DNA from: Polyangiaceae bacterium | GTDB taxonomy: Bacteria; Myxococcota_A; Polyangia; Polyangiales; Polyangiaceae | Reading direction: 5' to 3' | Length of the DNA: 64,000 nucleotides | Assembly (NCBI GenBank): GCA_033763455.1 | Contig: JANRKO010000073.1 | Coordinates: 1 to 64,000 of the forward strand | Shown: positions 9,636 through 20,882 of the stretch, in pieces | How the letters are laid out: each line of letters starts with the position of its first letter | Position numbering within the stretch: position 1 is the first letter of the stretch | Notes under the pieces: generated by a model | The model's database searches: none | What the model was told of the DNA's origin: nothing | The model's input: only the letters and a program-made list of their open reading frames with translations | Program-made: the position numbers and the translations under genes

Positions 9636-10370
9636 ATGGCAACGATCCCCAACGAGCCTTCACACTCTGGAGCTTCGCTCAAGCCGGCCGCACTTAGCAT
9701 TGCGCCCCAATCGCCCGTCGGCCCCCTAAAAAGCGCCAAGGTCCGCACAGCACTGGTATTGGTCGCGCTCCTGCTCGGAGGCGTCGGGTTGAAAGCCTCC
9801 GTTCTGGACCAGCAAGGCCCGGCTTCGGCGGCTGAATTTCCGCTGCCGACGCTGGAGCTTCCGGAGTCCGCTCCAGATGTTTCACTCCACGCCCTCGCAG
9901 GGTCGTGGCTCGTTTCAAGCTGTGCCCCTGCGACGGGAGACCCCACGAGTACCGAGCTGAGCGTCGAGGGCGGCCAAGTAACCGAGGTCCGCCGTACATT
10001 CCAAGCGGCAGGCTGCCTCACGGAGCTTTACACCATAACGCTCAAGAAAAGCATCAACAGGCTAACGACATCAGCCAATTCGCACGTCGAAGCGGAATAC
10101 AGCCTCAACGAAGCCACGCTGAATGTGCGCAATGCAGCGCTACTCAATCAGCGGAGCTTCCTCGGCCAGAGCGATTGGAAGGATGGGGAAACCCGAGACC
10201 TCATGGGTCCACTTTCTGGAAAGCTTTTCGGCACTCCGCTCAAGACGGGTGCGACAACGTACGACTTGTTGCACATTGACGGACAGCAGCTCCTCGCGAG
10301 AGCGGCAGGCCTAGTTTCGCTGTCGTTGCCAACCAGCGTTGCGCCAATCGCCTTCGCTCGCACCAACTAG
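9636..10370 (+). CDS. Hypothetical membrane-anchored protein
   Basis: Single N-terminal TM segment, Cys pair, LAGSW lipocalin-like start of the soluble domain. Confidence 0.6.
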   Translation: MATIPNEPSHSGASLKPAALSIAPQSPVGPLKSAKVRTALVLVALLLGGVGLKASVLDQQGPASAAEFPLPTLELPESAPDVSLHALAGSWLVSSCAPATGDPTSTELSVEGGQVTEVRRTFQAAGCLTELYTITLKKSINRLTTSANSHVEAEYSLNEATLNVRNAALLNQRSFLGQSDWKDGETRDLMGPLSGKLFGTPLKTGATTYDLLHIDGQQLLARAAGLVSLSLPTSVAPIAFARTN

Positions 10371-10539
10371 CACCCCGCAACGTCTCGATTCGGGCGCAAC
10401 GGGGCTGACTTCCGTGCCCCAATCCGGCTGCTTGGGGAGGCTCTTCCCTAGGGCCGATGCCACTTCGCGCGCAGGAATTTTGGCGCAGTACCCATTGTCC
10501 TATTGGTGATTACGGCCTCACCCGTTCTATTCTAGAACT

Positions 10540-11421
10540 ATGCGCTCGAGGAGCTCCTCCCAAACGACCTCAAAGACGCTCGCCGCCATGCCCTCCGAAC
10601 GTCCATCGGGTGCCGGTCAGCCGTGTTTGGTCGTCATCAAGGGAGATAGCCTGGGCAGCCGTGTGGACTTGGTGGAGCAGATCGTGGAGATCGGGCGCAG
10701 CGAGGATTGTGCCATCACCATCGATAGTGGCCTCATCAGCCGCAAGCACGCGGTGGTTCAGCGCATTGCCGGCCACTGGATCGTGGCCGACTTGAAATCT
10801 ACCAATGGCACGTATGTGAATGGCCAACGCATCTCCACCCATGCGCTTAAAGACGGCGACAAGATCAGCGTTGGGCGCACGGTGCTCAAGTATCTAGAAA
10901 GCAACCTTGAGCTCCAATATCACGAACAAATCATGGACATGGCCAGCCGTGATGCGCTCACAGGCTGTTACAACAAACGCCACTTCGACGTCGTGATGAA
11001 ACGTGAAGTCAGCGACAGCAATTTTCACGGATTGCCGTTGTGCCTCACGCTATTTGATATCGACCACTTTAAGCGCGTGAACGACACGCTCGGCCACCCC
11101 GCGGGGGATGCCGTGCTCAAGCAGATGCGCGCCGTGGCCAACCTGGTGCTTTCAGAGGGTGAGCTCCTGGCGCGAGTAGGCGGCGAGGAGTTCGCGATCA
11201 TCATGCCGGGCTGTGATGTTAGCGCTGCACGCGCGAAAGCAGAAGCGCTGCGCGCCTCCGTTGAGGCAACCCGCTTCAACTACGAAGCCACCGCCATTCC
11301 AGTTACCGTAAGCGTGGGTGTAGCCCAGCTTGCACCCGAAGACACCGTCGAGGCCCTGTATCGCAAAGCCGACGAACGCCTGTACCAAGCCAAGCACTCC
11401 GGCCGTAATCGTGTGATGTAA
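10540..11421 (+). CDS. FHA-domain diguanylate cyclase
   Basis: FHA motifs IGRS, SRKHA, STNGTYVNG; DIDHFKxVNDxxGHxxGD; GGEEF. Confidence 0.95.
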   Translation: MRSRSSSQTTSKTLAAMPSERPSGAGQPCLVVIKGDSLGSRVDLVEQIVEIGRSEDCAITIDSGLISRKHAVVQRIAGHWIVADLKSTNGTYVNGQRISTHALKDGDKISVGRTVLKYLESNLELQYHEQIMDMASRDALTGCYNKRHFDVVMKREVSDSNFHGLPLCLTLFDIDHFKRVNDTLGHPAGDAVLKQMRAVANLVLSEGELLARVGGEEFAIIMPGCDVSAARAKAEALRASVEATRFNYEATAIPVTVSVGVAQLAPEDTVEALYRKADERLYQAKHSGRNRVM

Positions 11422-11423
11422 CC

Positions 11424-12557
11424 CTAGCGAGGGGGCATCATGCTATCGCCCCAATTTTCCGGAGCAGGCTCGGAGCTTCGCTCTTTAGGCCGCCAGCCAG
11501 TTTTCTCTAGAAATGGTGCGCTCGACGCGAACCACTCATGCACTAAGGCGCGGGTGCTGCGGTACGCGTGCTCCAAGATATTGCGACGTGCCGCAAAATT
11601 CGCGGGGCTGTACATGAACAGCGCGCCATCTTCCGGCTCAGGCTCAACCAAGGCGACGGCTACATCGCTAGTAGCCCGGATGCGGCCCAAAGATTCGTGC
11701 AGCAAGCGATGGATCCCAATCCTTAGCGACTGATTGAGCACCCACACCATGCCCTTATCGCGCACGCTTTCACGGTGCCCGTGACCCGTGGGAACACTTT
11801 GAACGTTCACCGGCACCATAGGGTTGATCACCACGATTACCCCTGCCCCTTCTTTCACTGCCACATCGAGGTGGGACACCTGGGCCGCTCCCGGATCTAT
11901 GTAGTGCCGATCGCCAATGCGGACCGGTGAAAAATACGGCGGGCTGGCCATGGAGGCGATACATGCGCGCGTTACCGGAACATGCTCGTAACCTGCAGTG
12001 CCAAAAAGAACTTGCTCGCCTGAATCCAGGTCGTGCGCCATGATGCGCAACGCGCGAGGCATGAGAGCAAAGCTATTGGGGATGCCACGGCGTGAGAAAA
12101 AATTCTCCAGGAAGCGCTCATAGCGATCGAGGGTAAAAAAGCCGGCTGGAAGAGAATCGTACAAACGCTCAAGCTCCTCCAGGAGCAGCCTCGGTGCGGG
12201 AGCATCTTCGCGGGAAAAAAGGCTGCGGGCGCCGTGCTTCATCGCCCCAAGGCCGGATACCAAGGTGCGGCGCCATTCGCCGAAATCGGCACGCAAGAGG
12301 TGCTTCGTTTCAAGGCCAAAATAGGGATCTGCCGGATCGATCACCGCGCGGTAGATGCGCTGAATCGACCGCGCCCCGGCTAGCGGCGCCGCCACGGTAG
12401 CGCCACTTGAGGTGCCAATATACAAATCGAAGGCGTTCGCATCGAAACCTTCGATGCCATCTTCCAAGGCCGCCAGAGCTCCCACTTGGAACATCGCAGC
12501 GCTCGTGCCCCCGCCGGGCAAACACAGAGCGACCTTGGTGCGGCTAATTTCGGTCAT
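11424..12557 (-). CDS. Patatin-like phospholipase
   Basis: GGG oxyanion loop, GTSSG nucleophile, YIDPG acid motif. Confidence 0.85.
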   Translation of the reverse strand: MTEISRTKVALCLPGGGTSAAMFQVGALAALEDGIEGFDANAFDLYIGTSSGATVAAPLAGARSIQRIYRAVIDPADPYFGLETKHLLRADFGEWRRTLVSGLGAMKHGARSLFSREDAPAPRLLLEELERLYDSLPAGFFTLDRYERFLENFFSRRGIPNSFALMPRALRIMAHDLDSGEQVLFGTAGYEHVPVTRACIASMASPPYFSPVRIGDRHYIDPGAAQVSHLDVAVKEGAGVIVVINPMVPVNVQSVPTGHGHRESVRDKGMVWVLNQSLRIGIHRLLHESLGRIRATSDVAVALVEPEPEDGALFMYSPANFAARRNILEHAYRSTRALVHEWFASSAPFLEKTGWRPKERSSEPAPENWGDSMMPPR

Positions 12558-14161
12558 CTTCCTCGCAGGTGGGGCAAAAGGCCGCGCTTGGCCACTGTAT
12601 CGGCGCGCGAGCGCTCATCGAGATTTGGATAGTCGATGTTGTAATGTAGGCCGCGGCTCTCGCGACGGCTGGCGGCAGCTTCAATCATGAGTTGCGCCAC
12701 TGTTTGAATGTTCCGCAGCTCAAGCAGATCGCGTGTTACCAGGTGTTTCCAGTAATATTCGCGAATTTCCTCCTCCAGCAGCGTCACACGGCGGGCGGCT
12801 CGTCGCAGGCGAGCATTGGATCGCACGATGCCCACGTAATTCCACATCAACCGCCGGATCTCGTCCCAGTTGTGCGTCACCACCACCGCCTCATCGCTTG
12901 GCACGGCCGAGCCCGTCTGCCAATCAGGCACGGACACTTCAGGATTCTTCCGCAGCTCCGCTATTTGGGCGCCCAGCTTAAGTGCGGCACGCCGCGCGAA
13001 CACGAGCCCTTCCAACAAGGAATTGGATGCCAAGCGGTTCGCACCGTGCAACCCCGTGAAGGAAGCCTCACCGAGCACCCACAACCCCGGCAGGCTCGTA
13101 CGGCCGTGCAAATCCGAGGTAATGCCACCGCACATGTAGTGAGCGGCGGGAACCACCGGAAGCGGCTGAGTGGCCATGTCGATTCCATACTGAGCGCACT
13201 CGGCATAAATATTGGGGAAGCGCTCTTCCAGGAAGCTGCGCTCTTTGTGCGTGATGTCCAAGAGCACGTGTTCAGAGCCGCTGCGCTTCATCTCGTAGTC
13301 GATGGCGCGCGCTACCACGTCGCGCGGAGCGAGATCCCGAAGGGGATGGTGGCGCTCCATAAAAGCTTCGCCACTTGGCAGGCGCAGCACCGCACCTTCT
13401 CCGCGCAGAGCTTCACTCACAAGAAAACTCTTGGCTCGTGGTTCGTAGAGTACCGTCGGATGGAACTGGTAAAATTCCATATTGGCCACTTCCGCGCCCG
13501 CCCTGTAGGCCATAGCCACGCCGTCACCCGTGGCCACATCGGGATTGGAGGTATAGAGGTAAACCTTGCCGGCACCGCCAGTGGCCACCACCGTGGCTTG
13601 AGCGAGCACGGTCTCTACCACTCCCGATTTCTCATCCAACACGTAAGCGCCCACGCAGTGATCTGGTCCGCCGAATTTGGTGAGCGTGATGAGATCCACC
13701 CCCATGTGCCACTCGCACAGCTTGATGTTGGGATGTTCACTCACCGCCTGCATGAGCGTGCGTTGGATCTCCCTGCCCGTGGCATCTGCGGCGTGCACGA
13801 TGCGGCGTTCACTGTGGCCCCCCTCGCGCCCGAGCGATAAGTCGCCTTCATCGGCACGCGAGAATTGCGCCCCAAGCTCCGTCATCCAAGCGATGGCGTC
13901 GGGAGCTTCACGCACACACAACTCAACGACAATATCGTGGCAAAGCCCAGCGCCAGCCGTAAGCGTATCCTCAATGTGTTTAGCGAATGAATCCTGTTCG
14001 GACATCACAGCTGCTACGCCGCCTTGGGCCCAATTCGTTGCGGAATCGTCCCGGTTGCGCTTGGTGACGATCATCACCTCGCCGTAGCGCGCCGCATGCA
14101 AGGCAAAAGAAAGCCCTGCCACCCCACTGCCGAGCACCAGAAAATCCGTAGAGATAGCCAT
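12554..14161 (-). CDS. nadB: L-aspartate oxidase
   Basis: GSGVAG, WAQGG, EGGHS, QFHPT, GLHGANRLASNSLLEG, RESRGLH. Confidence 0.97.
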   Translation of the reverse strand: MAISTDFLVLGSGVAGLSFALHAARYGEVMIVTKRNRDDSATNWAQGGVAAVMSEQDSFAKHIEDTLTAGAGLCHDIVVELCVREAPDAIAWMTELGAQFSRADEGDLSLGREGGHSERRIVHAADATGREIQRTLMQAVSEHPNIKLCEWHMGVDLITLTKFGGPDHCVGAYVLDEKSGVVETVLAQATVVATGGAGKVYLYTSNPDVATGDGVAMAYRAGAEVANMEFYQFHPTVLYEPRAKSFLVSEALRGEGAVLRLPSGEAFMERHHPLRDLAPRDVVARAIDYEMKRSGSEHVLLDITHKERSFLEERFPNIYAECAQYGIDMATQPLPVVPAAHYMCGGITSDLHGRTSLPGLWVLGEASFTGLHGANRLASNSLLEGLVFARRAALKLGAQIAELRKNPEVSVPDWQTGSAVPSDEAVVVTHNWDEIRRLMWNYVGIVRSNARLRRAARRVTLLEEEIREYYWKHLVTRDLLELRNIQTVAQLMIEAAASRRESRGLHYNIDYPNLDERSRADTVAKRGLLPHLRGR

Positions 14162-14385
14162 CGACGTGCCTCCCATAGCAGCTCCCACCGGTGGGCCCCA
14201 ATTGCCCGCAGTTCAGATCAGTGATGCGCAGGCCTACCATCCGGCCTGTCGAGTGAGTCCTGCGCCTGGGCAGAGGACCTTTCGCGCCATTCCTGAACTT
14301 CGACGGGCGAACCGTGTGGCTAGGCCGCCCCACAGCTGCTCGCGTCTTCGAGCATCGGCACAGACCCTTCACCGTTGCGCGCGAG

Positions 14386-14405
14386 GTACTTAGCATGACA
14401 AGTAT
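14386..14405. repeat. Dispersed 20-bp imperfect palindrome GTACTTAGCATGACAAGTAT
   Basis: Exact reverse complement of 18064-18083; mid-intergenic between divergent nadB and etfB. Confidence 0.9.
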
Positions 14406-14611
14406 ATCGATCCAGCAAAAATGGCCCTCGTCACCATCGAACCGCAACCCACTGGGGTGTCGCAGACTTTGGCGGCGTCACGACTCTGGCGGTGCGCGTG
14501 AGCAGGCCTTAAGGTCTGAAGTTGCCCGCCGCTTCTGAGAGTGGGTTCTGCTTACCACCTTCCCGATGTTTTCATCTCTCCCCCTGCCCTTTGCCCCATG
14601 AGGTACGCCCT

Positions 14612-15439
14612 GTGAAAATCCTCGTCGCCATCAAACGCGTCGCCGATCCAGACAACGCCAATAAAGTGAAAGTTTCGGCTTCCGGCAACGCCGTCGATAC
14701 CACCGGACTCGAATACAAGCTCAACCCGTTCGATGAATACGCGCTGGAAGCCGCCCTGCGGTTGACCGAAGACGGCAAGGCTCCAAAAAAGCGCGAAGGT
14801 GAAGTGGTGGTGGTGACGCTGGGGCCCAAAGAGACTGAGCAGAATCTGCGAAGTGCCCTGGCCACCGGAGCCGATCGCGCCATTCGCGTTGAAGCCACCG
14901 ATGAGCAGCTAGACGGGCGCATCGTGGCGCGCGCCCTCAAAGCCATTGTGGACGCTGAAAAGCCCGATTTGATCCTGATGGGCAAACAGGCTGTAGATGG
15001 CGACAGCAACCAAGTCGGCCAAATCTTGGCGGAGCTTCTCGACTACCCGATGGCCACCTTCGCCGCGACGATTGCGGAAGAGCCGGGCGCCGTTCTGGTG
15101 GGGCGTGAGGTAGACGGCGGCGTTGTCTCGCTGCGAGTGAAATTCCCCGCGGTGGTCACCGTGGATCTTAGAATCGTGGCGCCCACGAGCGTGTATTCAG
15201 CCCGCACCGAGCGCACCTTCAAGTACAACGAAGGTGTGCGCTTCGCACCGCTGCCCGCCATCATGGCCGCCAAGAAGAAGCCCCTCGACGTAAAGCAGCT
15301 GGCTGAACTCGTGCCGGCGCTGAACCTTACCGCAAGTTACGGCAAATACGAACGCCCCCCACAACGCTCCACGGGTATCAAAGTTAAAGACGTCGCAGAA
15401 CTGGTGGATCGCCTACAGAACGAGGCCAAGGTCATCTGA
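14612..15439 (+). CDS. etfB: Electron transfer flavoprotein beta subunit
   Basis: KILVAIKRV, NPFDEYALEAA, GKQAVDGD; GTG start. Confidence 0.95.
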   Translation: MKILVAIKRVADPDNANKVKVSASGNAVDTTGLEYKLNPFDEYALEAALRLTEDGKAPKKREGEVVVVTLGPKETEQNLRSALATGADRAIRVEATDEQLDGRIVARALKAIVDAEKPDLILMGKQAVDGDSNQVGQILAELLDYPMATFAATIAEEPGAVLVGREVDGGVVSLRVKFPAVVTVDLRIVAPTSVYSARTERTFKYNEGVRFAPLPAIMAAKKKPLDVKQLAELVPALNLTASYGKYERPPQRSTGIKVKDVAELVDRLQNEAKVI

Positions 15440-15453
15440 CCAAAAAGGAACCT

Positions 15454-16422
15454 ATGGCAAACGCACTTGTTATCGCTGAAATTTCAGAAGACGGAAAAGC
15501 AAAAAAAAGCACCCTTTCCGCGATTTCGTTCGCGAAGAAGGCCACTCCTGGAGGCTCTTTTTCCATTCTAGTGTTGGGCGGCAACACGGCAGCAGCGGCT
15601 TCCGAGCTTGCAGCCTACGGTGCCGCCAAGGTGCTCGTGGTGGAAGATTCAAGCCTGCGAAACTACGTGGCCGAGCGTTATGCACCCAGCGTGGCGGAGG
15701 TTGGAAAAGGCTTTGATCTCATCGTAGCCACCGCCACAAGCTTCGGAAAAGATTTGATACCTCGCGTGGCAGGTCGGCTCGACGCAGCTTACGCTGGCGA
15801 CTGCTCGGACGTGAGCGTGGAGGGCGGCAAGCTTGTCTACAAGCGCCCCATGTTTGCTGGGAACGTTTTTGGGTATTGCACGCTTAATACACCCATCCAA
15901 ACGGCAACGGCTCGTCAAAGCGAGTTTGACGCCGCCGCACCAAGTGGTGGCCAGAGCCCAATTGAGAAGCTTGGGTTAACGGCACCGGGCGCTGCCGCGT
16001 CGCGCGTTGAATATGTTTCCTTCGATGGCGTAAAGAATGAACGCCCTGAGCTTTCGGAAGCTTCGGTGATTGTTTCTGGCGGGCGGGCGCTCAAGGAGAA
16101 GTTCAAGGAAGTGCTTGAGCCCCTTGCCGATGCACTGGGCGCCGCCGTCGGGGCAAGCCGCGCTGCGGTGGATGCGGGCTACGCCCCGGGGGACTACCAA
16201 GTGGGGCAAACTGGAAAAATCGTGGCCCCTGCGCTCTACATCGCCGTGGGTATTTCGGGCGCCATCCAGCACATTGCTGGCATGAAAGGCTCGAAAAAAA
16301 TCGTGGCCATCAACAAAGACCCCGAAGCGCCGATTTTCCAAATCGCCGACTACGGCCTCGTTGCCGATCTTTTCCAGGCTGTACCCGAGCTCGTAAAAAC
16401 GCTGAGCGCGCGCAAAAAATAG
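15454..16422 (+). CDS. etfA: Electron transfer flavoprotein alpha subunit
   Basis: [29 protein letters not shown]. Confidence 0.97.
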   Translation: MANALVIAEISEDGKAKKSTLSAISFAKKATPGGSFSILVLGGNTAAAASELAAYGAAKVLVVEDSSLRNYVAERYAPSVAEVGKGFDLIVATATSFGKDLIPRVAGRLDAAYAGDCSDVSVEGGKLVYKRPMFAGNVFGYCTLNTPIQTATARQSEFDAAAPSGGQSPIEKLGLTAPGAAASRVEYVSFDGVKNERPELSEASVIVSGGRALKEKFKEVLEPLADALGAAVGASRAAVDAGYAPGDYQVGQTGKIVAPALYIAVGISGAIQHIAGMKGSKKIVAINKDPEAPIFQIADYGLVADLFQAVPELVKTLSARKK

Positions 16423-16436
16423 AGCACCCGAAGCGC

Positions 16437-16465
16437 TTGACAGCCCGCGGGTCTTTGACCATTGT
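16437..16465 (+). promoter_or_regulatory. Sigma70-type promoter for tRNA-Pro
   Basis: TTGACA-N17-CATTGT about 25 bp upstream of the tRNA. Confidence 0.55.
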
Positions 16466-16488
16466 CCCGGCCCTTCGTCGCCTTAGAT

Positions 16489-16563
16489 CGGGGCGTAGCT
16501 CAGCCTGGCTAGAGCGCACGGTTCGGGTCCGTGAGGCCGGCAGTTCGAATCTGCCCGCCCCGA
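16489..16563 (+). tRNA. tRNA-Pro (anticodon CGG), CCA not encoded
   Basis: Cloverleaf: CGGGGCG/CGCCCCG acceptor, CACGG-TTCGGGT-CCGTG anticodon arm, GTTCGAATC T-loop. Confidence 0.97.
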
Positions 16564-16616
16564 CTAACGAGTGACGAAAGCTGACGGGTAGATCCGAACG
16601 AATCACCCGCCATGCG

Positions 16617-17846
16617 TCAATACTTAAGCAACATCCCGCCCGAATTTCCAGAAAACAGGGGAACAACCTGCGCCTCGGCGCCCGCGTCTAGCATGAGCCA
16701 AATCGCTCCCGTTCCGACGATCGCTCCAATCGGCAACGTGATGAGTCCGGCCGTACAGAGGCCTTGATGCCTATCTGAACCACAACCGACAGACGACAGG
16801 GTAACACCCGTCAACGTCGCCATGCCGCCGAGCGCCGTGAAGGTAATACCTGTAGCCAGCTTGCCAAAGGAGGTAGGCTTAGCGGTAACCTGAAGTGGCC
16901 CCTTGTCCGCGGGGAGGCGATCGATGGTGAGAGTGGTGGGCGCCCCCGAGTGCGTGCGCAGCTCCAGGGGGTGGTTCGGATCCACGTAGCGTGAACACGG
17001 TGTGGTGCAGGTTGCCTGATCTTCCACGAACACATCCCACCGCACCGAGCCACTCGATGAAACGAAATCGGTCTTCACCGTGCCTGGGGGCCCTGGAGCC
17101 TCGGCGCGGCCGAAAATTGGGGATAGGTAGATCTGCAGGGGTGAGCCGCAATCGACCGGCGCAACACCATCGGATGCTTCCCGACACGCCTCTTTGTGCC
17201 CCGCCGAGCGCACCAAGCGCTGGTTGGTACGCTGCTCTCCGCCCACGCCAACGCCCTGCCAGCCCGCATTGGCGCTCGTACGCCCAGAATCGGCGACCGT
17301 CATCGCAAACGCGCCGAGTGCCAGCCCGTCGATAATGTGGGTGGCGCGCGCGCATTCCGGCGCCGCGGTAACCTCACTGGTCGTCATTTCCTCCAAGCGC
17401 AGCTGACCCGAGATCGTGGTTTCAATGAACAACCCTCCCGAACGTTGAAGCTCGCCTGCCAAGCTGAGGGCTCCAAGCGGAAGCTTGGCGAACAACTCAG
17501 CTTCGTTGCGAATTTCAACGAGATCGGAGCTGGGGGTGGTGCGCCGCCATTGATACCTCCCCTTCAGGCGGCATTCGGGCAGCAAGCGCAACTCGCAGCC
17601 CGTAAACTCCACGGCGACCGCGCTACCATGCATCAGTGACTCGAGGTTTGCCTTCTCAGGCGCGGACCATTCGGTAACGAGCACACTGGTCTGGCTCGCA
17701 CCCACCCGGCAGCGAGCCGCGCTCCCTCCATCCGGCGAAGCAGCTGGTTCCAGGCTGCCTCCACAGCCGGCAAGGGCCACCATAGCCACCAACGCCAAAC
17801 CCCACTGCAACGTTGCCAAAAGAACCCCTGTGGAATGTCTTCGCAT
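16617..17846 (-). CDS. Hypothetical lipoprotein with C-terminal hydrophobic hairpin
   Basis: LAGC lipobox, Cys-containing globular domain, PEGA-like segment, two C-terminal hydrophobic helices. Confidence 0.75.
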   Translation of the reverse strand: MRRHSTGVLLATLQWGLALVAMVALAGCGGSLEPAASPDGGSAARCRVGASQTSVLVTEWSAPEKANLESLMHGSAVAVEFTGCELRLLPECRLKGRYQWRRTTPSSDLVEIRNEAELFAKLPLGALSLAGELQRSGGLFIETTISGQLRLEEMTTSEVTAAPECARATHIIDGLALGAFAMTVADSGRTSANAGWQGVGVGGEQRTNQRLVRSAGHKEACREASDGVAPVDCGSPLQIYLSPIFGRAEAPGPPGTVKTDFVSSSGSVRWDVFVEDQATCTTPCSRYVDPNHPLELRTHSGAPTTLTIDRLPADKGPLQVTAKPTSFGKLATGITFTALGGMATLTGVTLSSVGCGSDRHQGLCTAGLITLPIGAIVGTGAIWLMLDAGAEAQVVPLFSGNSGGMLLKY

Positions 17847-17874
17847 GATGTTGTACTCGCGGAGCACGCCCCCT

Positions 17875-17933
17875 AAAGACGGCCCGAATCGACCCATACT
17901 TTACAAGGACGGCCCGAATCGACCCATACTTTA
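17875..17933. repeat. Tandem duplication, 30-bp period (26-bp identical core GACGGCCCGAATCGACCCATACTTTA)
   Basis: 17878-17903 = 17908-17933. Confidence 0.95.
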
Positions 17934-18063
17934 TGCCGAACTGCGCGTGCGGTTAAGCATCGAACGGACAACTGCCCTGGGTCGGCTGGTGCTCCGGGGG
18001 TCAGACCGCTTCGTCAGGAGTGCCCGAATTCAAGCTGGAGAAACCCATCCCTCAGCGCCAGAG

Positions 18064-18083
18064 ATACTTGTCATGCTAAGTAC
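18064..18083. repeat. Dispersed 20-bp imperfect palindrome ATACTTGTCATGCTAAGTAC
   Basis: Intergenic; matches copies at 14386 (reverse complement), 23444 and 140. Confidence 0.9.
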
Positions 18084-18185
18084 TCGAACAGTGCTGGGAA
18101 GTGCCCCCGTTGGTGCTCGTAGGTGCCTCGCGTGAACGCCAACGGATGCGCTCTTGGCCCCACCGCTCAGGGCCCCACTCGGGCT

Positions 18186-18800
18186 TCAGCGAAAATCCGC
18201 AAAATAGGGTAGCTTCTGGGCCGTTTTTTGGATCTCTTCTTTGCCCGCCAAAAGCTCGCCCGTGGTGTCCCAATTGCCTTCTAGAAACTGCTGGCGAGCA
18301 CCTTCCGGCATCTCGAACGGCACCTTCAGATTACCAACACTCACAGTTTTGGTCCGAAGATCTACGCTCACCGCTTGCTCCGGCTTGGCCTCTACGGCGG
18401 CCATCAGATCATTGACGTGAGCGGCACTCACGACGGCACACGGAACACCTAGCATGATGCAATTGCCGTAGAAAATCTCCGCAAAGCTCTCGCCAACAAT
18501 GGCGCGGATGCCTTTACCAAAACGAACGATCGCCTGGGGAGCGTGCTCACGCGAAGAACCACAGCCGAAGTTCTTGTTCACCAATAACACTTCGCCTGCC
18601 GCGTACTTCGGCTCATCGAACACGTGCACTTTGCCTTCGGCTTTGAGCGCTTTGCGATCATCTTCAAAGGCGTGTTCGCCAAGGCCATCGAAGGTCACGG
18701 TGCGGAGGTAGCGCGCGGGAATAATACGATCGGTATCGATATCGTTACCCCGAAGTGGGATGCCGCGACCGGTAATTTCAATGCGTTTTGAGTCGTTCAT
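18186..18800 (-). CDS. leuD: 3-isopropylmalate dehydratase small subunit
   Basis: DIDTDRIIPARYL, NFGCGSSREHA, ESFAEIF. Confidence 0.95.
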   Translation of the reverse strand: MNDSKRIEITGRGIPLRGNDIDTDRIIPARYLRTVTFDGLGEHAFEDDRKALKAEGKVHVFDEPKYAAGEVLLVNKNFGCGSSREHAPQAIVRFGKGIRAIVGESFAEIFYGNCIMLGVPCAVVSAAHVNDLMAAVEAKPEQAVSVDLRTKTVSVGNLKVPFEMPEGARQQFLEGNWDTTGELLAGKEEIQKTAQKLPYFADFR

Positions 18801-18818
18801 TTTTCAGGATCTCCCTTG

Positions 18819-20237
<1,419 letters not shown>

Positions 20238-20718
20238 TTTTTCCTCGCATTGCTAACTCTGCCTGCTGCCGCGCCTGGTATGCCTCCAAAGCATCTCCCA
20301 GCTCAGCGCCAAACTCTGCAAACTGAACCACCTTCGCGGCATCCAGCTTGAGCCACACTTCGGCAATCGCCCGCTCGCGCGCCGCACGCAACTCCCCCAT
20401 CGTGCGCTTCCCTTTGGCAGTGAGCACGTAATTGCGCTGCCTGCCATCTGCCTTATTCACCGAGACCCGCAACAGCCCCTTATCGCTCAGCTGCCGCAGC
20501 GTTTTGCTCACAGCCGCCGGGCTGCTTTCCTGCGCCCTGGCAAACATGCTGGGCATAAAATGCTCGGTGGCCACCTCTTCCAGCATCCCCCACTGATGCT
20601 CGGTGAGGCCCACCCGGGCCGCGAGCTCCTGACGCCGAGCCGTGAATAGCTCCGTGAGGCGCTGCAGAGCCTCGATGGCTCTGTGAGCCTCTGCCAGCGC
20701 CGTGGTTGCCATGGGCTA

Positions 20719-20748
20719 ATAGTTAACCCAGGTAAACTATGCCGTCAA
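20719..20748 (-). promoter_or_regulatory. MarR-type operator (ATAGTTAACCCAGGTAAACTAT, 20719-20740) overlapping a TTGACG -35 promoter
   Basis: 22-bp imperfect palindrome 6 bp before the marR ATG. Confidence 0.75.
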
Positions 20749-20882
20749 GCGCTTTCGATACCTCGCAAGATGTGCTGCCCCTGGCAGCGAAGGCGCAGAA
20801 GCTTCGCACCTTGTCCGGAAGAAACTGGTGTAACCAATATATATCAACCAGGAGCTCCGAGGCTCAGAACGGCCCCAACATC

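Noticed and set aside
12692..13840. 382-aa antisense ORF over nadB (similarly 19350-20129, 5557-6315, 60303-61079)
   Set aside because: Shadow ORFs expected from GC-rich codon bias opposite well-conserved genes
14162..14611. Long nadB-etfB intergenic region as riboswitch or sRNA
   Set aside because: No recognisable riboswitch consensus by eye; needs an Rfam/Infernal scan
17875..17933. Possible mini-CRISPR
   Set aside because: Only two units with a 4-bp gap, no spacers, no cas genes
16489..18185. Possible island integrated at tRNA-Pro
   Set aside because: No integrase and no duplicated tRNA 3' end seen in the window
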